Shown here: positions 24,054 to 32,958 of the stretch, piece after piece
Layout: every line of letters starts with the position of its first letter
Position numbering within the stretch: position 1 is the stretch's first letter
From: Candidatus Bathyarchaeota archaeon
GTDB lineage: Archaea; Thermoproteota; Bathyarchaeia; Bathyarchaeales; Bathycorpusculaceae
Reading direction: 5' to 3'
Assembly (NCBI GenBank): GCA_963775895.1
Contig: CAVZKL010000028.1
Location: 11,897 to 75,896, forward strand
Length of the DNA: 64,000 nucleotides
The notes under the pieces: generated by a model
What the model was told of the DNA's origin: nothing
Seen by the model: only the letters and a program-made list of their open reading frames with translations
The model's database searches: none
Translations under genes and position numbers: made by a program

Positions 24054-24623
24054 ATGAGAATCGGAATTCTTCACATAGGACAACTCAAGTCAGATTCCAC
24101 GGTAAGGATTCAGGAAACATTGAACAATGTCTTTCCAGCCACAAAAGTCTGCGTGATACAAAAGGAAGTCTCACTACCTGAAGAAGCTTATAGCGAAGCG
24201 AGAAAACAATACCGTTCCGACATGATTTTGAAGATGATCAAAGAATATGCTGAGGAACACCCAGAATTTGACCGCGTCTTGGGAATCATCGATCTTGACA
24301 TTTCCACGCCGGGGTTGAACTTCGTCTTCGGCGAAGCAGAACACCCTGGAAAAGCAGCCTTGATATCATTGTGGCGACTCAGACCAGAATTCTATCAGCA
24401 ACCCTCAAACGAAGAATTGTTCGAAGAGAGAAGCGCCAAAGAGGCTGTACACGAGCTCGGACACACTCTAGGGTTGGACCACTGCACCAACCCCTTCTGT
24501 GTCATGCACTTCTCCAACTCTATCCTCGAAACTGACGTTAAGAAGACCTTTTTCTGCAATAAATGCTCAATCACAGTAGAAACGGCTTCAGCGGAAATTG
24601 GGAAGAGCCTTGAAGAAGTTTAG
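24054..24623 (+). CDS. amzA: Archaemetzincin (M54) zinc metalloprotease
   Basis: LNFVFGEA, KEAVHELGHTLGLDHC..CVMHFSNS, terminal FCNKC. Confidence 0.93.
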   Translation: MRIGILHIGQLKSDSTVRIQETLNNVFPATKVCVIQKEVSLPEEAYSEARKQYRSDMILKMIKEYAEEHPEFDRVLGIIDLDISTPGLNFVFGEAEHPGKAALISLWRLRPEFYQQPSNEELFEERSAKEAVHELGHTLGLDHCTNPFCVMHFSNSILETDVKKTFFCNKCSITVETASAEIGKSLEEV

Positions 24624-25428
24624 AGCACAACCAATCTATCTAGTGCCGATACTTGCCACCCTAGCCGTCGGCCTAGCGTGCACCTATCTGATTCGGGCAT
24701 CTTCAACCGAGACGTATACAATCACCATCTTTCCGGAAGGACTAGTCGGGTCGCTGAGCAACGGCATCTACTTTGTCGCTTTAGCAGCAATTGGGGCCTC
24801 GATACTGTATCTGCTTCTAAAACGTAAGAACCTCAGAACCATCGCATTTATCACTGGATTTGCGTTGACCGCAGCTGCTTTCTTGGTTTCTGCGGTATAT
24901 CTTTGGCCAGTGTTTTCGGCTCTTGACGCTTCATACGCGCCGTATCTAGTCTTGACATGCGCCATACTGTTAACCGCAACGTTCGATTACACAATCTTCC
25001 GTAAAAAAGGGTCAAGCGGCAACGTTGCAGTATTACTGCTGGGCGGAGCACTAGGTGCGTTCCTAGGAATGTCAATCCAAATGCTCAGCGCGATTCTGAT
25101 TCTCTGTTTTCTAGCGATCTATGACGTTTTCGCAGTTTATCGAGGCCCAGTTGGAAAGATTGCCAACAAAGGACTTGAAACGCTTCGAGGGCTGAGCTTG
25201 GCTTTCAAAGATGTTCAGATCGGACTGGGGGACTTGACCTTCTATTCGATGCTCGTCAGCATGGTTCTTGTGGTTGCCGGTCCAACGTTCTGCTTCTTCT
25301 CGTTGTTAGGAGTGCTTGCAGGATCCTTCTTGGCGTTTAAGATGTTAGAAAAGAAGGGAATTTTTCCAGGTTTGCCGTTCCCCGTCGCTTTGGGCCTTCT
25401 GCCCTTACTTGTCGCGTTCTTTCTTTGA
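24598..25428 (+). CDS. Presenilin-family (A22) intramembrane aspartyl protease
   Basis: Multiple TM helices with AIYDVFAV, IGLGDLTFY and PGLP motifs. Confidence 0.9.
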   Translation: MGRALKKFRAQPIYLVPILATLAVGLACTYLIRASSTETYTITIFPEGLVGSLSNGIYFVALAAIGASILYLLLKRKNLRTIAFITGFALTAAAFLVSAVYLWPVFSALDASYAPYLVLTCAILLTATFDYTIFRKKGSSGNVAVLLLGGALGAFLGMSIQMLSAILILCFLAIYDVFAVYRGPVGKIANKGLETLRGLSLAFKDVQIGLGDLTFYSMLVSMVLVVAGPTFCFFSLLGVLAGSFLAFKMLEKKGIFPGLPFPVALGLLPLLVAFFL

Positions 25429-25535
25429 TTCGGGTAGAACGAGACAACCTACCTACTATCGCGACTCTGGCATTCAGCCGAAAAGCGAATTAAGCGCGGG
25501 CCGATTGTATCGGCTGACACGACTGGGGATAATCA

Positions 25536-26718
25536 ATGATCGATGTTATTCTGAACATGGTACAAAACCACGAAAAATGGAGGGTAAAACAGTGTTTGAA
25601 CTTGATACCCTCTGAGAACGTCATGAGTCCTTCTGCTCGAGCCTTGCTATCATCCGATTTGGCCCATCGATACACGGCAAGAGACCGTTTCTACATGGGC
25701 ACGCGGTTTACAGATCAGATAGAAAAGTATGGTGAACAACTGGCAAAGGAGTTGTTCAAGGCTGAGATGGCTGACCTGAGACCTCTTTCAGGACACATTG
25801 CAGATATGATTGTCTTGGCCAATCTGGCGAAGGCAGGTGACACGCTTGTCTGCGTTTCGCCTGACGATGGTGGATACCCGGGCATGTGGGCAAACGCTCT
25901 GGCAGGCTTTCTCAAGCTTAAGGTCGCGGCTTTCCCATTTTCGAAGAAAGATTGGAACATCAAAGTGGAAGAAGCACAACAGCTCATCAGCAAGACAAAA
26001 CCGAAGGCCGTCGTGTTCGGAGGGAGCTTGATCACTTTTCCTCAACCAGTCAGAGAAATTGCCGACGTTGCACGAGAAAACGGCGCAATTGTCGGCTTTG
26101 ACGGTTCACACGTTTTAGGACTAATTGCTGGCGGCAAGTTTCAAGACCCGCTCCGAGAAGGAGCCCAGCTGTTGTTCGGCTCAACACACAAGAGTTTCTT
26201 CGGTCCACAGGGAGGAATCATCCTAGGAAACAAAGACCCAGGCGAACTCCTGAAAGAGAAGAATCTATCCTAGCTTCGTTGACAATGCTCACTGGAACAG
26301 AATTGCAGCACTAACCTTGTCTCTAGCCGAAATGAAGAAGTTCGGCAAAGCTTACGCGACGCAGATTGTCCAGAACTCAAAAACACTCGCCAAATGCTTA
26401 CATGATTACGGCTTCCCTGTTATCGCTGGTCACCTGGGCTTTACCGAGTCACATCAGGTGATAATGGACTACGGAAGTATCCAGAAAGCAACAGGAATAG
26501 CTAAGAGACTACAGAAAGCAAACATAATTGTTGATTGCGTCATCAGAGTCGGAACCTGCGAGGTGACACGTCGCGGAATGAAGGAGCCCGAAATGATAAG
26601 GATCGCAGAGCTCCTCAAGAGAACGATTATCGATAGGGAGAAACCCACCAACGTAAGCAAGGACGTAGCCAGACTCAGCGCGGAATTTCAAAAAGTTGAA
26701 TACTGCTTTGAGCGATAG
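25536..26718 (+). CDS. glyA: Serine hydroxymethyltransferase; one indel ~26260
   Basis: LNLIPSEN, DGSHVLGLIAG, PLP lysine motif GSTHKSFFGPQGG; continues IYPSFVDNAH into ORF 26317..26718 (TESHQ, RVGTCEVTRRGM). Confidence 0.92.
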
Positions 26719-26784
26719 AATTGCTATTCTCGCTCTTTCCGTCATCTTGCTCCAGGAGTCAACCAGACAGAAAAGTGAATTACG

Positions 26785-27747
26785 ATGAAAGCAAACGCGC
26801 CGACCATACTTATTGACGCCTTGAAGAGACAAAAATACCATTTCGTAGGTGGACACTCAGCTGTAAAGAGGTGCAGGTGGTTCCATGAAACACTGACGAA
26901 CAATAGACCGTGTTATAAACAGAAGTTCTATGGCATAAAAACGCATCAATGCATACAGATGACGCCTGCGGCGTTTTACTGCACTCAACAGTGCCTGTTC
27001 TGTTGGCGAGCTCAAAACCAAGACCTCAACATCACGTGGGACGAAATGAAACTGCCTACGTGGGACTCTCCTGAAACGATCGTTGAAGGAAGCATCAAAG
27101 CTCAACGACTAATTCTCAGCGGCTACGGAGGGAATCCCAAGACAGACCAGAAAAAATACAGAGAAGCACACGCGCCGAGGCACGCCGCAATAAGCCTCAC
27201 AGGTGAGCCCACGCTCTATGAGCACTTGGGTCAGCTGATCAGAAGCTTCCACGAGAAGGCGTTCACAACGTTCTTGGTTTCTAACGGAACACTTCCTTCC
27301 GTACTAGCAAAACTAGACCAGGAACCCACTCAGCTCTACTTGTCTGTCTGTGCACCTGACAAAGAGACATACGTGCGCGTGTGCCGCCCACGAATTCCAA
27401 ATGCCTGGGAAAAACTCAACGAGACCCTTGCAATGTTGCCCGGTTTCACGTGTCCAACTGTGATACGCATAACTTCAGTCCATGATCTGAACATGAAGAA
27501 CGCTAAAGGGTACGGAGCGATGATAAAAAAAGCAAACCCAACCTACGTCGAAGTCAAGGCTTACGTACATGTCGGGTTTTCGAGGCTTCGACTGAATTTC
27601 GACAGCATGCCCAGCCACAAACAGATCCGAGAGTTTTCAGCCCAATTGGCGAAGGAAACGGGCTATGACATCATTGATGAGTCACAGGAAAGCCGCGTTG
27701 TTCTCCTGAGCAGACTGGAAAAGGCAGTAAAGTTTGGAGACGGTTAA
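26785..27747 (+). CDS. taw1: 4-demethylwyosine synthase TYW1/Taw1 (radical SAM)
   Basis: HSAVKRCRW, CYKQKFYGI..H.C.QMTP, CTQQCLFCWR, HAAISLTGEP. Confidence 0.95.
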   Translation: MKANAPTILIDALKRQKYHFVGGHSAVKRCRWFHETLTNNRPCYKQKFYGIKTHQCIQMTPAAFYCTQQCLFCWRAQNQDLNITWDEMKLPTWDSPETIVEGSIKAQRLILSGYGGNPKTDQKKYREAHAPRHAAISLTGEPTLYEHLGQLIRSFHEKAFTTFLVSNGTLPSVLAKLDQEPTQLYLSVCAPDKETYVRVCRPRIPNAWEKLNETLAMLPGFTCPTVIRITSVHDLNMKNAKGYGAMIKKANPTYVEVKAYVHVGFSRLRLNFDSMPSHKQIREFSAQLAKETGYDIIDESQESRVVLLSRLEKAVKFGDG

Positions 27748-27890
27748 GAATCATTTCAATCAATACGAAACATCCTGACGGATTAAGATCCAGGAGCACA
27801 CGTGATTGAATTGAACGAGAATAAGCCTTAAATATCTCCTCTGTCATGAGCCTTGATCTTATACTTTCATTTGAATCAAGGTGTCAACGA

Positions 27891-28082
27891 ATGGTCAGTG
27901 ATGGAAGAGGACGATTGTTCAAGAGAAAAGACGGAAAATACCTAGTCTATCTACCAAAGGATTTAGCGGAAGACAGCATGTTTCCGTTCAAAGATTCGGA
28001 TTCTGTCTTTGTGAAAGTGACTTTCAAACTCGGCGACAACAAACTAACAGTTGAGAAATGGAAAGAGACAAGCTCGGAGTAG
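27891..28082 (+). CDS. Small AbrB/MazE-like swapped-hairpin DNA-binding protein
   Basis: GRLFKRKDGKYLVYLPKDLA beta-hairpin-helix pattern; TATA-like CCTTAAATA at ~27826. Confidence 0.6.
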   Translation: MVSDGRGRLFKRKDGKYLVYLPKDLAEDSMFPFKDSDSVFVKVTFKLGDNKLTVEKWKETSSE

Positions 28083-28187
28083 CCATAAATCTTCTAACAG
28101 GCAATGCTGTCTCGCAACCACGTTCTTCGTTGCATAAGAATATATTCACATTCATCGCATTGATAGCTAAGAAAGAAGGGATGCCTC

Positions 28188-28823
28188 TTGCCCACTCTAA
28201 AAAGCATTCTGGGTGTAATAAGGAAGGAACTCAAACAGAAGGATGACATCAGAGAAGAAACTCACGGCGACATGAGAAAGGTCACAAGCCTTTCCAAACA
28301 GGCGATTCTCCTGATTCATCAAAAGAGAATGAGAGAGGCTGAAAAACAACTCGCAGACGCAAAGAAAATACTCTCAAAACTATGGGAACGCGCATCTGCA
28401 GATCCAGAGATCATCTACACAGGCATGTTTAACGCAGCTCTCCAAGAGTATTCCGAAGCTAACATATTCTTAAAACTGGTTGAAGAGACGAAGTTTGTGA
28501 CGCCTAAAGACATCAAAGTGCCCCCAGGCGATTATGTACTTGGGTTGGCAGACGTGATCGGTGAATGCAGACGCCTCGCACTTGATGCCCTGCGCGAAGG
28601 TGATCTGAAGAAAGCTGAAAAATGTTTACGTATAATGGACGAAATCTACACAGAACTCATGGGTTTGGACGAATCCTACATGTTGGTCTCTGGACTCAGA
28701 AGAAAGAACGACGTAGCAAGGAAAATCATCGAGTCCACGCGCGGAGATGTTACGCAGGAAATTAGAAGAAGTGAGCTTGAGAAACAGTTGAAGCGCTTTG
28801 AGAAACGCATACAAGCGCGATGA
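28188..28823 (+). CDS. Translin/TRAX family protein (C3PO-like endoribonuclease)
   Basis: ALQEYSEA, YVLGLADVIGECRR, LRRKNDVAR. Confidence 0.9.
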   Translation: MPTLKSILGVIRKELKQKDDIREETHGDMRKVTSLSKQAILLIHQKRMREAEKQLADAKKILSKLWERASADPEIIYTGMFNAALQEYSEANIFLKLVEETKFVTPKDIKVPPGDYVLGLADVIGECRRLALDALREGDLKKAEKCLRIMDEIYTELMGLDESYMLVSGLRRKNDVARKIIESTRGDVTQEIRRSELEKQLKRFEKRIQAR

Positions 28824-28853
28824 CAAATCTGGTATCGATTTGAGAACGTCAGA

Positions 28854-29534
28854 ATGAGCACTATAGGGACAGAACCAGCTTTCTCGGTCAAGAAAGCCCA
28901 TGAAGCTCAGATTGCCCTATCAAAGAAAATCGTTTTTGAGAACAAGATTCCGAAAAGAATCCGCCAAGTGGCAGCCGTCGACGTCGCATACGTTGATGAC
29001 TTCTCCGTCGCCGCCGTTGCTGTCCTAGACTACGCGACTTTGAAGCTTGAGGAAGCTCAGACAATAATTCGCAAGACAAGTTTTCCTTACGTTCCAACGT
29101 TGCTTTCATTCAGAGAGGTCCCTCCAGCTGTTCAATGCATTCGCAAATTACAGAGCTGTCCTGACGTGTTTCTTGCCGACGGACACGGATACGCTCATCC
29201 GTACCGATGCGGATTCGCATGTCACTTGGGACTTGTACTGCAAAAACCCACAATCGGAGTAGCAAAAAACATTCTCGTTGGCAAGGTCGAAACTCGAGCG
29301 AACGAGGACGTTGCTTTGATACACGACAAGGGTGAAACCGTAGGCGCCGAGATCAAGGCAAACCCTAACGCGAGACCTGTGTACGTGAGCGTCGGACACA
29401 TGATCTCTTTGAAAACTGCAATCCGAATAGTCAAGCATTGTACAGTCAAAGGGTGGATTCCGGAGCCACTCTTGCAGGCTCACAAGATCGCAAACGCCGA
29501 GAAAAGAAAAGTCAATATGCCCACTCGAACATAA
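28854..29534 (+). CDS. nfi: Endonuclease V
   Basis: AVDVAY, FPYVPTLLSFRE, DGHGYAHP..G.A.HLG, PTIGVAK, YVSVGH. Confidence 0.95.
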   Translation: MSTIGTEPAFSVKKAHEAQIALSKKIVFENKIPKRIRQVAAVDVAYVDDFSVAAVAVLDYATLKLEEAQTIIRKTSFPYVPTLLSFREVPPAVQCIRKLQSCPDVFLADGHGYAHPYRCGFACHLGLVLQKPTIGVAKNILVGKVETRANEDVALIHDKGETVGAEIKANPNARPVYVSVGHMISLKTAIRIVKHCTVKGWIPEPLLQAHKIANAEKRKVNMPTRT

Positions 29535-29541
29535 GAACGGA

Positions 29542-30264
29542 ATGAGTGATACGATGGTGCTGAACGCTCAACTGAAAAAACTCGTCAACAAGATAGTCGA
29601 CAAGCCCCTTCGAAAGAAAATCGCGGATCTGCTTGAGAACCCAACGTTCGAAGTTGACGGAAGAGTTTATTCAGGCATGCCCCTTGAAGTGGCTCCTGCG
29701 GGAAGATCTCACCATCACTGCTATCCAGGAGGCTATGTTGAACACGTTGTTTCCGCCTCAAACATTGCGTTAGCACTCTGCGATTCTGTGGAGGAAATCT
29801 ACCATGGCAAGGTCAACCGTGACCTCGTCATAGCGGGAATGTTGGTCCACGACGTTTTCAAACCCCCAACGTACACTGTAAACAAAAATGGAAGCTACGG
29901 TTCAGCACCTCTTGCCGACGCTCTCGATCACTTATCAATTGCAGTCACTGAGCTTGTTCGAAGAAGGTTTCCCCTGCAGTTGGTTCACATAGTGGCCGCT
30001 CACCACGGAGAGTACGGACCGACAAGACCTCGAACGATCGAAGCTCTCATCTGCCACTTGGCGGATTTGACCGACTCGAGATTGAACGGTGAAGTTCTCA
30101 ACGCAGCAGCCTACCTCACAAGAAGAACGACAGGTCAAGAACTTTACGGCATGACCTCGAAGGAAGCCTTCGAAATCGTGCACTCGAAGGCAGTCGAAGG
30201 ATGGAAGGGTGCGGATGAAGCACTGAAAAGAATAAGCCGACGAAGAAAAACACGCAAAACTTAA
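29542..30264 (+). CDS. HD-domain protein, YhaM/Cbf1-like
   Basis: PAGRSHHHCYPGGYVEH, LVHDVFK, AHHG..P.PRTIEA..ADLTDS; no OB domain. Confidence 0.85.
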   Translation: MSDTMVLNAQLKKLVNKIVDKPLRKKIADLLENPTFEVDGRVYSGMPLEVAPAGRSHHHCYPGGYVEHVVSASNIALALCDSVEEIYHGKVNRDLVIAGMLVHDVFKPPTYTVNKNGSYGSAPLADALDHLSIAVTELVRRRFPLQLVHIVAAHHGEYGPTRPRTIEALICHLADLTDSRLNGEVLNAAAYLTRRTTGQELYGMTSKEAFEIVHSKAVEGWKGADEALKRISRRRKTRKT

Positions 30265-30309
30265 TAACTCATTACAAGTCAAGCCCTTTCGAAAGGTGGC
30301 TGTTTCAAA

Positions 30310-30636
30310 TTGGAGATTTCGTTTGAAGAATTTCAGAAACTCGACCTCCGCGTAGGCAAGATACTTGAGGCTAACCAGATTCCTGGATCACGAAATCTGA
30401 TCAAGATGACGGTTGATTTCGGAGCCGAAAAGAGACAGGCCGTTGCCGGGTTACTGCAGTGGTACAAGCCTCAAGACCTAGTCGGCAAGAAATGTGCATT
30501 CATTCTAAACCTTCAAAGAAGAAAACTCATGGGAGTCGAATCACAGTGCATGATCTTTGCCGCTGAAGACGACAAAGGCGAAGTTGTCATCTTGCAGCCA
30601 GAAAAGGACATCGCTGAAGGAAGTCGAATACACTGA
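30310..30636 (+). CDS. tRNA-binding OB-fold protein (Trbp111/CsaA/MetRS C-domain)
   Basis: ISFEEFQKLDLRVGKI, NLQRRKLMGVESQCM. Confidence 0.92.
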   Translation: MEISFEEFQKLDLRVGKILEANQIPGSRNLIKMTVDFGAEKRQAVAGLLQWYKPQDLVGKKCAFILNLQRRKLMGVESQCMIFAAEDDKGEVVILQPEKDIAEGSRIH

Positions 30637-30648
30637 AAACTCCTTGGC

Positions 30649-31917
30649 TCAACCTATCAATTTGACAATTTCTTTGGCTCTATCTTCGCTTCCTGCGACA
30701 TACTCTATCATTTCTTGATCAAAGTCAAACCACTTTGCCAATCCTGCAGCCATTTCGCAGTTGTTCTTGAAGATTATCTTCAAGTAAGGAAGAACTTCCT
30801 TGGAAGACCTAACGGCAGAAATGTGGCAGCGACGCTTTATTTTCCCTCCTATACTTGACTGAACAGCGCGTTCCGCTCTAGACCTAGACAACGATTGGAT
30901 TCTTGTTGGAAACTTGAAGGGGATCCAGCCAGAAGTGCGCGTGTTCTGTCTGGCCATCGCCACTCCAGCCGTCATGAAATCCACCACGTAACGCATTAAA
31001 CTCCAATCTTGCGTGGCTCGAATTCTGCCTCGAAAAACGTCGGCAGTTGCCAACGCATCCATCACGTTCACTAGATCGTGGGGGTCAGTGAAATGTGCCG
31101 GAGCGTTCTCGTAGATCCACTCGAATAACATGTCAGCGTCAACGTCAGACATATCCATCGCTCTCTTCGCGCTTGCAGAGGTTTTCGCGTAGAGAATCAT
31201 TCTCAGCACGTTGAAAATGTTCTCTTGGCGATCGCGGTATCCGAGCCATGCAACATCTTCATAGGTCAGCTTCGTTTTTCCTTGACCGTAAGCCTGAAGG
31301 TCATTGACAGCTGAGCGCACATCACCTCCTGAACGCTGAGCCATGAACTTGAGTGCGTCCTCGTCTGCAACTATACCTTCCTCGCTGCATATGCGCCTGA
31401 GAATTTTCACAACATCTCCTGTTGGTGGTTTCTTAAACTCTATCAACATACAGTAGCTCCGCAGGTAGGCGAAACGCGGGTCGTATGCACTGTTCGCGAT
31501 CAAAACCAAAGGACGCTGCGCTGACTTTGCAATGTCAGCTATTGCTTTGACACCTCCTCTGTCTGAGGTTCCTGTTAAGCCGTCGAGTTCATCCAAGAGT
31601 ATGACTCTTTTTTCACCAAACAAAGACCCATACTGGGAGGCGAGTCCTGCAAAATGATTTATCGCCTCTTCGGTTCGGTAATCGCTTGCGTTATTTTCCA
31701 CAAACTCCATTCCAAAATCGTTCGCGGCTGCCTCAACAGTCACGGTTTTGCCAACGCCAGGTGGTCCGTAAATGAAGGCGCACCTCTTTTTCGGAGCGCC
31801 TTTGTCCCATGATTTTAGCCAGTCGATAAATTGTTTGATGGCTTCAGCATTCCCGACTATCTCGCTGAGAGTTTTCGGTTTGTGCGTTACTGTCCAGGCG
31901 CCGTACAAATCTTGCAC
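30649..31917 (-). CDS. rfcL: Replication factor C large subunit
   Basis: W..HKPK, GPPGVGKT, NASD, ILLDELDG, GDVRSAVNDLQ, WIYEN. Confidence 0.95.
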   Translation of the reverse strand: MQDLYGAWTVTHKPKTLSEIVGNAEAIKQFIDWLKSWDKGAPKKRCAFIYGPPGVGKTVTVEAAANDFGMEFVENNASDYRTEEAINHFAGLASQYGSLFGEKRVILLDELDGLTGTSDRGGVKAIADIAKSAQRPLVLIANSAYDPRFAYLRSYCMLIEFKKPPTGDVVKILRRICSEEGIVADEDALKFMAQRSGGDVRSAVNDLQAYGQGKTKLTYEDVAWLGYRDRQENIFNVLRMILYAKTSASAKRAMDMSDVDADMLFEWIYENAPAHFTDPHDLVNVMDALATADVFRGRIRATQDWSLMRYVVDFMTAGVAMARQNTRTSGWIPFKFPTRIQSLSRSRAERAVQSSIGGKIKRRCHISAVRSSKEVLPYLKIIFKNNCEMAAGLAKWFDFDQEMIEYVAGSEDRAKEIVKLIG

Positions 31918-32898
31918 CTATTTTGAATCTTTCAATTCGTCTCCAGCTTCAACAAGCTTGGCCAAGAGAGCGCTCAATTGAACTTCTTCATCGGCACCCT
32001 CAACGAGCCTGAAGTCAACTTCTCCTACGACGTCGGCGAGCTTGATTCTCCATTTTTCAGGCATCTCTGCTCTGAAGATTTCTGTATGTATCTGGCGAAT
32101 TATGTCACTTCCTGCGACCCCGTACTTCTGGATCATATCGCGAAGCTGTTTTCTCGCCTCTATAAAGTCGCCGTCCATGGCAACTTTCAACATTTTTTGC
32201 ACGTCCGCGGGACTTGCTCTTCCTGTTATGGAGTAGACAACTTTGGAATCTATCGGCTTGCCTAGAGAGGCCGCAGATTGAAGAGTGTTGATTGCTCTTC
32301 TTAAATCGCCACCGCAGATCTCGAATATGGCATCCAAGCCTTCCGTAGAAATTTTCACTTTCTCTTTCGTGGCGATTTCTTTCAGATAACAGTCGTGTTC
32401 TTGTCTCGGCAGATGCGTGAAGCGGAAGGGTGCACACCGAGACTGTATTGGTTCTATTATCTTCCCACTGTAGTTAGCGCATAAAATGAATCGGCAAGTC
32501 TCGGTGAAACGTTCCATCGTACGTCTGAGAGCCTGCTGAGCGTCAGAAGTCATGTTGTCAGCCTCGTCAAGGATGAGTATCTTGAAGGGGATTTCTCCGA
32601 TCGATTTCACTCTTGCAAAGGTCTTCACGGTGTCTCGCACGACGTCGATTCCCCTCTCGTCACTCGCGTTCAACTCCATCAGATGTTCCCTGTAACCGTC
32701 GCCGTACAAATCTCTCGCCAAACACAGGGCGGCCGTCGTCTTACCTGTCCCCGGAGGACCGGCGAAAATGCAATGAGGCACGTTTCTTGACTTAGTGAAA
32801 CTCTTTAGACGTTCAACTATCTCCTTCTGATCTACAATTGCGTCCAAACTTCTTGGGCGATACTTTTCTGCCCACATTTCGAAACTCATTTCGGCCAA
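31918..32898 (-). CDS. rfcS: Replication factor C small subunit
   Basis: WAEKYRP, GPPGTGKT, ELNASDERG, DEAD, SRC; no intein. Confidence 0.97.
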   Translation of the reverse strand: MAEMSFEMWAEKYRPRSLDAIVDQKEIVERLKSFTKSRNVPHCIFAGPPGTGKTTAALCLARDLYGDGYREHLMELNASDERGIDVVRDTVKTFARVKSIGEIPFKILILDEADNMTSDAQQALRRTMERFTETCRFILCANYSGKIIEPIQSRCAPFRFTHLPRQEHDCYLKEIATKEKVKISTEGLDAIFEICGGDLRRAINTLQSAASLGKPIDSKVVYSITGRASPADVQKMLKVAMDGDFIEARKQLRDMIQKYGVAGSDIIRQIHTEIFRAEMPEKWRIKLADVVGEVDFRLVEGADEEVQLSALLAKLVEAGDELKDSK

Positions 32899-32958
32899 TC
32901 CTCTTCGTCTATAGGATGTTTGCAGCGTTAATAAAAGTGTATTCGAGGCAAATCCGTT

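Noticed and set aside
25455-25530. Possible ZTP/THF-type riboswitch before glyA (GCCGAT-TGT-ATCGGC hairpin, alternative CAGCCGA/TCGGCTG pairing, CGACTGGGG)
   Set aside because: It lacks the ZTP P2 GUGG/CCAC stem and a proper GCCUGGGC end. GAAAAGCGAATTAAG within it looks like BRE/TATA, which would leave most of the structure untranscribed.
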